A stretch of DNA of 64,000 nucleotides from Malacoraja senta (Eukaryota). Each line of letters begins with the position of its first letter. Within the stretch, counting starts at the first letter, position 1. The notes below the pieces were generated by a model. It was not told the origin of the DNA. It searched no databases and saw only the letters and a program-made list of their open reading frames with translations. This document shows, piece after piece, positions 1-11,252 of this stretch. The DNA lies in NCBI GenBank assembly GCA_038087875.1, contig CM075990.1:15192001-15256000 (forward strand). The letters run 5' to 3'. The translations under genes and the position numbers were made by a program.

Positions 1-572
1 AAGCAGCCGAAGTTAAACGTGATGGGTGATGTGTTCATCCATTTTACATCAACAAACCTATACACAAACCCATGTACTCACGGAAACATCAGGCAGTGAC
101 TAATGTCGCTGAATCCAAGTTGCTCTTGACAAATGTAATGGCCTCAAACCCAAATTCAAGATAATCCCAGCGATGAAACGGATTATTTTGCTGGTTTTGT
201 ATGTCAGGATAACTAATGTTCTCCAATGTTGAAGCTGGTAACGTGAATTAATGTTGCAGAAAACCCATCTGTTTGCTACAATGGCAACAATAATTCGCCT
301 CAAACAAGGCTGCCGTAACAAAGGGAAATTATTCTAGCATCCTTCGGAGGATCATCATCTGTAAATAAGCTAGCAACAAGCTAAAGAAGGCTACATCAGA
401 ATAGTTTGATCATAGAATTAGATTTTGAGGAGGAAGATTAGGAGGGAGCGATACATCAGCCATGATTGAGTGCCGTAGAGTTGATGGGCCGAATGGCCTA
501 ATTGTACTGCTATTCCTTATGGCATGATCTTAAAATAGGAGAGATTAAAGCTCGGACTATGAACATCTATGT

Positions 573-870
573 GGCACAGTGGCACAGCGGTAGAGTTGCT
601 GCCTTACAGCGCCAGAGACCCGGGTTCGATCCTGACCATGGGTGCCGTCTATACAGAGCTTGTTCATTCTCCCTGTGACAACACTGGGTTCTTCTGGGTG
701 CTCCGGTTTCCTCCCACACTCCCAAGACATACAGGTTTGTAGGTTAGTTGGCTTCTGTAAATTGTAAATTGTCCCTGGTGTGTAGTAGGTTAGAGCTAGT
801 GTACGGGATGATCGGAGGTTAGCGCGGACTGAGTGGGCCAATGGGCCTGTTTCCATGCTACATCTCTAAG
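573..870 (+). mobile_element. tRNA-derived V-type SINE (HE1-like), near full length
   Basis: tRNA-like head with A box (TGGCACAGCGG) and B box (GGTTCGATCC), central GGGTGCTCCGGTTTCCTCCCACA block, and CR1-like 3' tail (GGGCCTGTTTCC...TCTCTAA). At least 10 related copies in the window. Confidence 0.85.
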
Positions 871-999
871 GTCTGCAGATCCAATTGTTGCTGGGCCAAT
901 AGCTGAGGTTGGGCTGACTTTGGACTTTGGAGTGGAGGGGTGTAACCTTTCACTTTGTGGATGTCAGTGGAAGGAAGGTTCTCTCATCTGCATCAGTGA

Positions 1000-1858
1000 G
1001 TGAGTCGATGATGACCACCTTCTTAAAAAAAAAAGGATCAAGACAATTGTGGTAACTACAGAGGGGTCTCCCTGCTCGGTGCCATGCAGAAAGTCATCAT
1101 CAAAGTAGTCATCACTCACCTTCTGCCATCGTCTGCAGAGCTCCTTCCAAAATTCCAGCATGGAGTCCATCAATCTCAGGTCACAGTGGGTGTGATCTTC
1201 AGTGTACGATAACTGCATGAGCAGAGCACCATCCTCTGTACGATATCTTCACTGATCTCACAAAAGCCATTATCTTTTGTTAGATTTAGCTCTAAGGCCA
1301 AAGGGAATCAATGGATATGGGGAAAAAGCCAGAATGGGGTACTGATTTTGGATGATCAGCCATGATCATATTGAAAGGCGGTGCTGGCTCGAAGGGCCGA
1401 ATGGCCTACTCCTGCACCTATTTTCTATGTTTCCATAACCTGGCCCTGCTGCACCACACTGCCCTCTGATGACAAAATTCCATGACAGAACGCAGCAAAG
1501 CATTGACCATTTCCCACAAGTTGTCATCCAGCTCTCAACCCAGGTAGATGTCATTGATCAAATTCACAATCACCTTTGTTGGAGTAGTACAGCCTTGAAG
1601 ATCCATGCCTCAAACCGAGTATAAAGATGATGTTCTACAGAGCAAAATGAAGTCTTGTCACATAAACATCTATGGCATGAACCTATGGGAGGGGCTTCAA
1701 AGCACTGGAGATGTACCACCAGCGTCAACCCCACAAAGTCCTTCAAATGCCCAGGCACAAATAGTGCATCAATGTCGATCTTCACACACCAACATCTAAC
1801 CCCAATTACACTCAGCCAGTTCCAGTGGATGGACTCATGTTGCCCACATGTTTGACTC
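1000..1858 (+). mobile_element. Degenerate RTE-clade LINE fragments, split by a CR1 3' end at about 1281-1435
   Basis: Frameshifted translation resembles RTE RT motifs (DNCGNYRGVSLL...ELLPKFQHG...DLTKA) and the downstream KALEMYHQR...QFQW region. Confidence 0.65.
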
Positions 1859-2078
1859 ACATGGAGTATGTGCAAACTCCATACAAACACCTGTAGACAT
1901 GTTCTCGGGATCGAACCCGGGTCTCTGGTGATGTAAGGCAGCAACCCTACCGCCGTGCCACCGTGCAAACTGCGTGTTATGAGAGAAAGTGTCAGAAAAA
2001 ATTTGCGCCTCTCCGGAGTCTTTCATATCTTTTTAAGAACGATGCAAAGAGATTTATAGTCCATTTAGAAAGGTTGTT

Positions 2079-2310
2079 AGACAATAGACAATAGAAAATA
2101 GGTGCAGGAGTAGGCCATTCGGCAACTTCGAGCCAGCACCGCCATTCAATGTGATCATGGCTGATCATCCCCAGTCAGTACCCCGTTCCTGCCTTCTCCC
2201 CATATCCCCAGACTCCACTATTTTTAAGAGCCCTATCTAGCTCTCTCTTGAAAGCATCCAGAGAACCTGCCTCCACCGCCCTATGAGGCAGAGAATTCCA
2301 CAGACTCTCT
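2079..2310 (-). mobile_element. CR1/HER1-type LINE 3' end
   Basis: Encodes LWNSLPHRAVEAGSLDAFKRELDRALKNSGVWGYGEKAGTGY*, followed by the 3' UTR and an (ATTGTCT)n-type tail. Confidence 0.9.
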
Positions 2311-2315
2311 GATGT

Positions 2316-3240
2316 AGGTAGACACAAAATCTGGAGTAACTCAGCGGGACAGGCAACATCTCTGGAGAGAAGGAATGGGTGACGTTTTGGGTCGAGAACC
2401 TTCTTCAGACTAAAGTCAGAAGAAAGGGAAATGAGAGATACAGTAGATAAGTAGAGAGATATAGAACAAATGAATGAGAGATATGCAAAAAAGTAATGAT
2501 GATAAAGGAAACTGGCCATTATTAGCTGCTTGCTAGGTGAGAACAAGCAGCTGGTGTGACTTGGGTGGGGGAGGGATGGAGAGAGAGGGAATGCAGGGGT
2601 TACTTGAAGTTAGAGAAATCAAAAGTTGACTGCTGGGTTGTAAGCTGCCCAAGCGAAATATGAGATGCTGCTTCTCCAATTTGCATTTAGCCTCAAGGTT
2701 CAAAGTTTCAAGGTTTCAAGGTCAGTTTATTGTCACATCTACCAATTAAGGTACAGTGAAATTTGAGTGAAAAGCAACAAGACACACAGCAACATAAAAT
2801 TAAAGTTAACATAAACATCCAACACAGCAGCTCCCCACATTCCTCACTCTGATGGAAGGTAATAAAAGCCAATCTTCTGACAATGGAGGAGGCCTAGGAC
2901 AGAAAGGTCGGTGTGGGAATGGGAGGGGGAAATTAAAGTGTTTAGCAACCGGGAGATTAGGTAGGTCCAGGCGGACTGAACAAAGGAGTTCAGCAAAACA
3001 ATCGCCCAGTCTATCTTTGGTCTCGCCGATGTATAAGAGCCCGCATCTTGAACAACAGATACAGTAGATGAGGTTGGAGGAGTTGCAAGTGAACCTCTGC
3101 CTAACCTGTCCAAGGAATGTCGTGGTTCCTTGACAGAGTTGAAGGTGGAGGTATAGGGGTAGGTGTTGCATCTCCTGCGGTTGATGGGGAAAATGGAGGG
3201 GGTGGTTTGGGTGGGAAGGGACGAGTTAACCAGGGAGATA
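2316..3240 (-). mobile_element. Penelope-like element 3' portion: GIY-YIG endonuclease remnant plus terminal repeat with decayed hammerhead; interrupted by another LINE 3' end at about 2695-2875
   Basis: ORF 2806-3171 contains QVRQRFTCNSSNLIYCICCSRCGLLYIGETKDRLGDCFAE...LPVAKHFN. After a frameshift it continues SPSHSHTDLSVLGLLHCQ. The terminal repeat lies at 2316-2410. Confidence 0.85.
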
Positions 3241-3570
3241 GAACAGTTCCCGATTTATGGAAGGGATGTGTTGGAGCAAGTGAAATATTGTTAATTTGAA
3301 AACCCTGGGCAAATGACATTTTATACGGAACGAAGTATTTTTATGCTCGGAGAATGGTGCACTATTCCATACAGCAAATAGTTGCTTTGCAAATTGATGG
3401 CACAACCTCAAAGAGTTGACATTGTGATGGGGAATTTTCAAATTTGTTGTACTCTATGCAGGTGAATGTGTAGGAAGGAACTGCAGATGCTGGTTTAAAC
3501 CGAAGATAGACACAAAATGCTGGAGTAACTCAGCGGGTCAAACAGCATTCCTTTTCTCCAGAGATGCGGT

Positions 3571-3598
3571 CTGAAGAAGGGTTTCGGCCCGAAACGTT
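3571..3598 (+). ncRNA. Minimal type I hammerhead ribozyme motif (Penelope-associated), intact core
   Basis: CTGAAGA-A-GGGT(TTCG)GCCC-GAAAC-GTT. Loop-less palindromic ACGT stem III; stem I GGT/GCC. Confidence 0.75.
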
Positions 3599-3974
3599 GC
3601 CTATTTCCTTCGCTCCATAGATGCTGCTGCACCTGCTGAGTTTCTCCAGCAATTTTGTGTACCTTCGATTTTCCAGCATCTGCAGTTCCTTCTTTAACAA
3701 CATGCTGTCTGAGCCGCTGAGTTATTCCAGTTGTTGTGTCTATCTCAGGAACCTGAATTTCCTGTCTGAAAAAGGGTCTCGACCAGAAACGTCACCCATT
3801 CCTTCTCTCCAGAGATGCTGCCTGTCCCGCTGAGTTACTGCAGCATTTTGTGTCTAGGTTCACAACCATTCAATCCTGTCTCACACCTCATCTTTTATCT
3901 CTGGTCTTTGCTTCAGCCATCTGCCCATCAAACCCCCTCCTCGCCTTGTATCCACCTATTACCTGCCACACTTT

Positions 3975-4503
3975 ACATAGAAAATAGGTGCAGGAGGAGG
4001 CCATTCGGCCCTTCGAGCCAGCACCGCCCATTCATTGTGATCATGGCTGATTGTCCCCAATCAATAACCCGTGCCTGCCTTCTCCCCATATCCCTTGATT
4101 CCACTAGCCCCTAGAGTTCTATCTAACTCTCTCTTAAATCCATCCAGTGATTTGGCCTCCACTGCCCTCTGTGGCAGGGAATTCCACAAATTCACAACTC
4201 TCTGGGTGAAAACGTTTTTTTGTCACCTCAGTCTTAAATTTATTCTAAGACTGTGGCCCCTGGTTCTGGACTCGCCCAACATTGGGAACATTTTTCCTGC
4301 ATCTAGCTTGTCCAGTCCTTTTTATAAATGTATATGTTTCTATAAGATCCCCCTCATCCTTCTAAACTCCAGTGAATACAAGCCTAGTCTTTTCAATCTT
4401 TCCTCATATGACAGTCCCGCCATCCCAGGGATCAATCTCGTGAACCTACGCTGCACTGCCTCAATCACAAGGATGTCCTTCCTCAAATTAGGAGACCAAA
4501 ACT
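3975..4503 (-). mobile_element. CR1/HER1-type LINE 3' fragment nested in a Penelope-like 3' region (about 3850-4662, +)
   Basis: Reverse strand matches the RT C-terminus and 3' UTR of the copy at 16085-16678. The Penelope-type sequence resumes after 4503. Confidence 0.85.
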
Positions 4504-6128
4504 TTGCCCAGCCTCTCCCCTATTCCAGCTTACCCCCCCCCCCCCAAACCTCCTCCACAATCAGTCTGAAGCCTGAAGATGGGTCCCGACCTGAATTGTC
4601 ACCTATTCATGTTCTCCAGAGATGCTGCTAGACCTGCTGAGTTACTCCAGCACTTTGTGTCCTTAATGTTCTACTGTTTATAAACTCTCTATGATGGGAG
4701 GGAGAATCTGGTGCGTTAAACATTTACTAGCTGTGGGAGGAAGATTTGCATGAAACACTTAATAATCTATTTTCTTTGGTAATATTCAAGTGTCAAGCTT
4801 CCGTTATTGTCAGGAGACTGTAATTATATTAAAAGCATAAATCATTTTCGATGCTTATTGGAAAAAGTGTAATTGCAATGGAGTTTAGTTTTTTAAGTTA
4901 ACTAGCACAGCACATGATGTTTAATTAATCCTGCAATGGCTGTGTCAGATGTACAGGGCATCTGCAGATCAACCATTCCTTTTTTTTAAAGAGAATACAT
5001 TTCTTCCCTTCATTACGGCGAAGGTGAAAATATATGCGTCTTCAGAGAGGTTTGCCTGGGTCTTAAGCCTTTGACATGGACAACATAGATTTGTCTTTCT
5101 TCTCAGGATGACCCATTGATCAGTGAAACCCAGCCAGTTCCTGACACTTGAAAAGCTTAAGTCGACCTGTCAGTTCACACCAGCAATTCCTCTCCGCCCC
5201 TCTCCCAGATACACTGAACAAGCAACAAAGGTAAAGAGACCAGTCTATCAACAATGTCAGAATTGTACTGGGTAAACTAATTTGCTTCAGGTTTGTATTT
5301 GAAAAGCAAAGGAGTACTTCAATGTGTGACACCCTGGCACAAAGCCAGCTGGGCAGGCGGAGAATGATCCACAGTCAGTAACTGCAGCAATTTTATTTAG
5401 TGTGAGCTGACCTCTGCCTAACTTGGCCAAAGACTGTCAAAAGTTGAGGGAATCTGCTGACGTTGAAGACTGTTTGAAGTCGGCTGCAGCAAAAAAAAGA
5501 GCAAGGGTCCCATCAAGCCCTTCTGCACACTGGTCGCTGTGTGGTCTCCGCAATCCGTCTTCTCCCATGCCAGCACTGATTGTTTCCCGTTGAGGGACGA
5601 CGGCATCCAGCATCCAAGTCTGTGAAGACAAGGGTATCTTAAGACAAACAACTCCCAAATTAAAAGAATCTTAAACAAAGCTCAGTTGCCGCATTTGTCC
5701 CGTGGCATTGCTTCTAATTCATGCTTCTCACCTGAATGGAATCAGCCTGCAGGGGTTACATCAGTTACCTGCCGACGCACTGAAAATGATTGATGAGCTG
5801 CCTCGGGCACTGAAGTATTCTTTGTCAACCACTCATAATTTATACATCTTATCTCTGTCAGAACAAAAGGCAGGACGCTACCCATGGAAATGGAGGCTGT
5901 TTGGGTTATTGAGTTCAGAACAAACTGATAATTTTGATATCTGTGTGCTTCCTCATTGTGCCTCGCCAGTTTGTCTGCATTCTCGGGCTGTATAAACTAA
6001 AAAGTTCTGATTAAAACTGCTGGCAGCCGGCTCTGGGAAGTGCAGCTGTGTTGTCGCCACTGCTCCAGTACACGGTGCGAGGCCGTTTTTCTTTCCGGTG
6101 GCAAGTAAATGATTCGGACAAAGCCCAC

Positions 6129-6406
6129 TTTAGTTTAGTCCGGGTCCGCTTCGACCAGTAATCCCCGTGCCTTAACACTACCCCACACACACAAGGGACA
6201 ATTAACACATACACCAAGCCAATTAACCTCCATGTCCGTACGTCTTTCGAGTGTGGGAGGAAACCGAAGATCTCGGAGAAAACCCACGCGGTCACGGGGA
6301 GAAGGTACAAACTCCATACAGGCAGCACTTGTAATCGGGATCAAACCCGGGTCTCCAGTGCTGCAAGCGCTGTAAGGCAACAGCTCTACCTCTGCGCCAC
6401 CGTGCT
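6129..6406 (-). mobile_element. V-type SINE
   Basis: Reverse complement of the 573-870 family with a (CTAAA)n tail. Confidence 0.85.
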
Positions 6407-8289
6407 ACCCACTTGTCAGAATGATACAAGATAATCGTCCATCTGAGCGTTTAAGATGTCATCAATCCTACCATCAGCCCCGGGTTTATCTGCAAAGATT
6501 CACTCAAACATAGCTTGCATTATCAAGTATATCTTTACGTATATTCTTTGTCTTCTGATTTTATTAAGATACTACAATGTGGCTCTGGGAGATGTGTGTT
6601 AAAGGCACCACTGAGTCTGGGATGGAGAAAACATCAGATGGGGATATTTTTCTTGATAACTGCATGATCTGTGCTGTAAAGTTTTGAGTGCAGACATTAT
6701 CCGGGTCATTGTTGCCCTCGAAACCAACTCTTGACCTGAAACGTCGCTTATCCCTTCTCTCCATTGATGCTGCCTCATCCGCTGAGTTCCTCCAGCATTT
6801 TTGTCTCCCTTCGATTTTTTCCAGCATCTGCAGTTCTTTCTTAAACACGGATAGGTGACGTTCAGATCAGGTTCCTTCGCCTAGCCATGTGCTCCTGAGA
6901 TACTGCCTGACCCGCTGAGTTACTCCAGCACTTTTGTAGTCTTGTTGAAGCAGCTTTCAGTCGCTGGACTGTACACGGCATGAAACAGATCCTACAGGAG
7001 AACGTGAAAACGTGTTTGAAAAGTCAAATTGCTGCCTGTGATGTAGAATCCTGGAGATCGCACACATTCTGATCCATGTTTATGCGATTACGTATTGAAT
7101 TCTAAATCTCCATTACTTAACATCACTTTGAAGGGAAATCGCAAAGTAACATTGTGACATCTTCATAATAAAGACCAAGAGTCCTATAAAAGTAGAGAGT
7201 CCACAGGACAAAGAATATCTGTACACATATATCTAACAATGGGAAGTTGTGTTTGAGTAAATCTATTGGGATAAACTTGAATCTTTCCTTCCCTACCTCT
7301 AGATTAGGGTCTCGACCCGAAATGTTACCATTCCTTCTCTCCAGAGATGCTGCCTGTACCACTGAGTTACTCCAGCTTTTTGTATCTATTCTAGATTATA
7401 GACACTTCACTATCCATCCATAATAGATTCCTACCATGGGATTTCAAGTAGTATTCACGTTTCCTTGGAGGTGCACAGTGACATTATTCCTTTACAATTT
7501 GGAGCCTGGACTTTCACTCCACCACTGGAATGCTTATTGATATATATGCACGCTGTTCAAAGCTTTTTAAAATGTCAAGTTTCTGTTCTACTTATGCACA
7601 TCATACTCCTGATGTATTCTTCTTCTTTCATGCCCATTTTCCATGTTTCAAACGTTGACCTCGTTGTCATCGTCCGCCCTGAAAAGGACGCAAGCTTCTG
7701 GCGACAATCAGTGGGAGCCATCACTTGTTGCAATAGATGATGGTGGTGGCAGAATTAGCTCAGGATACTTCCAGTTTCCAGCCTCGCGACGTGGACGCTG
7801 CTGTTCATAAAAATTCAGAGTCGACTCACCAAGGTCTCCAGTATGAAGAAAGATCTCCTCAAAACATCACCTATCCATGTTCTACAATGGTGCTGCCCAC
7901 CTACTGAGTTACTCCAGCAATTTGTGTCCTTTTGTGCATTCACCCGCATCTGCAGTTGCTTACTGTTTCACCAGTGTTACGTGACATCCCAACTTTATAT
8001 TTAAAGCCTATCCAGATCAGATGGAAGGTCAACCACCTGTAATGTTAACAAAAACATTTTCACCCTTCAGTTGCTGCCTGGTCTCCTAGGTATTTCAAGT
8101 ATTCTCTTTTATTTTGGATTTTCAATATCTGCAGCGTTCTGTATTTCACTGTGTCGGCATAGTTTTTTTTCTATCTCTCCCTGTTGCTCTTGTTGATCAT
8201 TAACACTGATACCTCCTTCAAATGCTTCACCTGTGATGAACCAGAATTCCTCATCTTCCCTTAAGATGAGCAAAGAATGGATGAGTATA

Positions 8290-8704
8290 TTCACTGGAAT
8301 TTAGAAGGATGAGAGGATATCTTATAGAAACATATACAATTCTTAAGGGATTGGACAGGCTAGATGCAGGAAAAATATTCCCGATGTTGGGGGAGTCTAG
8401 AACCAGGAGTCACAGTTTAAGAATAAGGGGTGGGCCATTTAGGACTGAGATGAGGAAAAACGTTTTCACCCAGAGAGTTGTGAATCTGGAATTCTCTGCC
8501 ACAGAGGGCAGTGGAGGCCGATTCACTGGACGTATTCAAGAGAGAGCTAGATTTAGCTCTTAGGGCTAACGGAATCAAGGGATATGGGAAGAAAGCAGGA
8601 ACGGGGTACTGATTGTGGATGATCAGCCATGATCACATTGAATGGCGGTACTGGCTCGAAGGGCCGAATGGCCTACTCCTGCACCTATTTTCTATGTTTC
8701 TATG
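8290..8704 (+). mobile_element. CR1/HER1-type LINE 3' end
   Basis: ORF MRGYLIETYTILKGLDRLDAGKIFPMLGESRTRSHSLRIRG..., 3' UTR and (TTTCTATG)n tail. Confidence 0.9.
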
Positions 8705-8945
8705 GCATGCCATGCTCAGTCTTGGTCTCTATCCCCACCACGTTGCAGTTCTAATATCTTGCATGCAGCAACATCACGTACACATAAACTTAAAAAAAAA
8801 CATGCAAAAAAACAATTAGACACAAGTTGCACATAATTGCTCCACATGAAAAATAAAAGATTGAAGACCATGAAGTAACAAATCATCATGCAAACAATAA
8901 TTAGTAGAACAAACCCAGTCCATAGTGGTACAAGAGGTGGCCCAT

Positions 8946-9346
8946 AGTTATAAGTGATACGAGTAGAATTAGGCCATTTGCCCATCAAATCTACTCCACC
9001 ATTCAATCATGGCTGATCTAAGTTCCCTCCTAACCCCTTTCTCCTGCCTTCATAACCTCTGACACCTGTACTAATCAAAAATCTATCTATCTCTGCCTTA
9101 AAAATATACTTGGATCTTACTTGGCGTCTACAGCCTTCTGTGGCAAAGAATTCCACATATTTACCATCCTCTGACTAAAGAAATGTCCCCTCATCTCCTT
9201 CCTAACAGAACCATTTAATTCTGAGGCTATGACCTCTAGTCCTAGACTCTCCCATGAGTGGAAACATCCTCTCTTCATCCACTCTATCCAAGCCTTTCAC
9301 TATTCTGTATGTTTCAATGAGGTCCCCCCTCATTCTTCTAAACTCC
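8946..9346 (-). mobile_element. CR1-type LINE 3' end, second subfamily
   Basis: Same subfamily as 27351-28160, 37463-37680 and 45445-45680 (GATCAGCCATGATTGAATGG...GTAGA.TTGATGGG 3' UTR). Confidence 0.8.
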
Positions 9347-9424
9347 ATAATGTTCCATTGAAGGTCACAGATATTCCCATTGTTCTCTCTACCCCTCTCC
9401 TTCTCTGCAACTTAAGACGCATTT

Positions 9425-9675
9425 AAATAATAATAATAATACATTTTATTTATGGGCACCTATACAAAAGTCTCAAGGACACCTTACAAAATTTAACAAA
9501 GAAACATATAATCAGAGTAAAATAAGTTATAAAGACATCACCAATACACAAATTAAAGACAGAAATTCGATCCAAAAAACAACAACAACAAAATTCAGAA
9601 ACACAATGTGAAGAGAGAGCAGCGGCAGCTAAACCGCGCCAGCGTCCACTCTCCCTTCCGACCGCCATCTTGGAC
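9425..9675 (-). mobile_element. Short non-autonomous retroelement with YY1-motif head and L2-like tail
   Basis: 5' end GTCCAAGATGGCGG. 3' end GTAAGGTGTCCTTGAG...AATAAAATGT(ATT)n. CpG-rich head. Confidence 0.6.
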
Positions 9676-10242
9676 ATTTGTTTTACTGCTTTCCCAGTTG
9701 TGATGAAAAGTTATCAACCGGAAATGCCACCCTTTTTTTTCTGTCCCATTCACACTGAGTATCTCCGGCATGTTCAGCTTTTTATTTCAGATTCCCAAGA
9801 TCTGCAACATTTTGCATTTCTCGATTCTGTGAATGCTTGCTTAGATTCCATTCAGCTGGCTTCCTGTGAAGTATAAAACATTCATTTTGCACACAGTTCA
9901 CTTAATCTCATAAGTATGACAGAAGTTGTGCTTGTTGTGCCTTTCTCAGTATTAACTTGTTTTTCCTTCACGTGCCAAAAACATAATAAGAAGGAGGTGA
10001 TGAGTGGCAAATAGTTTCTTTCAAAGAAACCCAGCAGATTGAAATTTAATTTATTAGTTCTTAAACATCCTCTGGCTAAATAGGCTGAATCATGCAGCTT
10101 GTTTTATCATTAACTTTGAACATTAGTTGTTGCTTTAAGGCTGTCACCACTTTAATGATTGTGTCATGTCTCTGCCACTTTGTCTCTAGTGGTAAATATA
10201 TGGAATGAGTTGCCAGAGAAAGTAAGGAGGCAGAAACAGTAA

Positions 10243-10440
10243 TGGGCCTGTCCCACTTAGGCAAATTTTCAAGCAACTACAGGTGGCTGCCACAAAATTT
10301 TCAACATGTTGAAAAATATTCTGCGACAATATTTGTTGGCGTAGGTGGTGTCGTAGGTTGTCGGCAACTGTCGTAGGTGAATTCCATTAAAACTAGTCCC
10401 TGGCAGTTGCCTAAAGAGTCGCCTTAGTGGGATAGGACCA
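10243..10440. mobile_element. PIF/Harbinger-type MITE
   Basis: Terminal inverted repeats (TIRs) TGGGCCTGTCCCACTTAGGC / GCCTTAGTGGGATAGGACCA. TAA on both sides (10240-10242 and 10441-10443). Confidence 0.8.
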
Positions 10441-11160
10441 TAACGAGGTCTAAATCACATTTGGATAGGTGCATTGATAAGATTGACTCCACACATAGAG
10501 CACCCGAGGTCTTGATTGAATCCAGGTCTCTGGTGCTGTGAGACAGCAGTTCTATCAGCTGTGCCATTGTGCTGCCCATGTGTACTTGATATGAATCTTA
10601 GTCAGTAGAGAGTGGAATGTGTAAGTATGGCAATGTACTTTTTTTGCACAATGGAGCCATGGTAAAAATAGCGAGAGGAACGTTAGTGATGCCTTCTATG
10701 TCCTGACGGAACTCAATGCTGAAAGCACCCAGAACAATTGGATCTGGAATGAAATTCAGTGACGTGATTCATAATGAGATTGTGCTGCACAATGAAATTA
10801 TTAAGAATTTAACACACAATTGAATACAGTGAAACGTACTTTGTGCCAAAAGTACTGCCTTGTTAAGAGGCTTTCTAAGCGAAGCAGCAAATCAAAGGAA
10901 GATGTTTCAGGGGAACGTTTTCCAGCAGTGGAACTGCTATGGCAATTTTTTTCTACGGTTAAAGATGAGGATGAAATAAGTCCACTCCAATTTTGAAAAG
11001 TCCTCTGCAGCATCTAGGACGACATCCCGATGCAAAATGTCACCCGTCCACGTTCTCCAGAGATGCAGTTGAGTTACTTTGCACCCTATGTACAAACCAG
11101 CAACTGCAGTTCCTTGTGTCTACCACATGATAGGCACTTGACACAGCAGGTGATCGGCAG

Positions 11161-11252
11161 GTACACAAAAATGCTGGAGAAACTCAGCGGGTGCAGCAGC
11201 ATCTATGGAGCGAAGGAAATAGGCAACGTTTCGGGCCGAAACCCTTCTTCAG
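11161..11252 (-). mobile_element. About 90-bp Penelope-derived insert with intact minimal hammerhead core (11225-11252)
   Basis: Flanked by the 14-bp direct repeat CAGGTGATCGGCAG (11147-11160 and 11250-11263). The minus strand reads CTGAAGAAGGGTTTCGGCCCGAAACGTT. Confidence 0.8.

Noticed and set aside
573..650. SINE heads as tRNA genes
   Set aside because: A and B boxes run directly into the SINE body; no complete cloverleaf.
4071..4631. 186-aa plus-strand ORF and similar ORFs ending QRCC or starting MPAFSPYP
   Set aside because: Antisense or off-frame readings of CR1 and Penelope repeats.
7560..7830. CpG-containing segment with a minus-strand acceptor near 7680 (ADDDNEVNV* frame)
   Set aside because: Too short, with no identifiable upstream exon.
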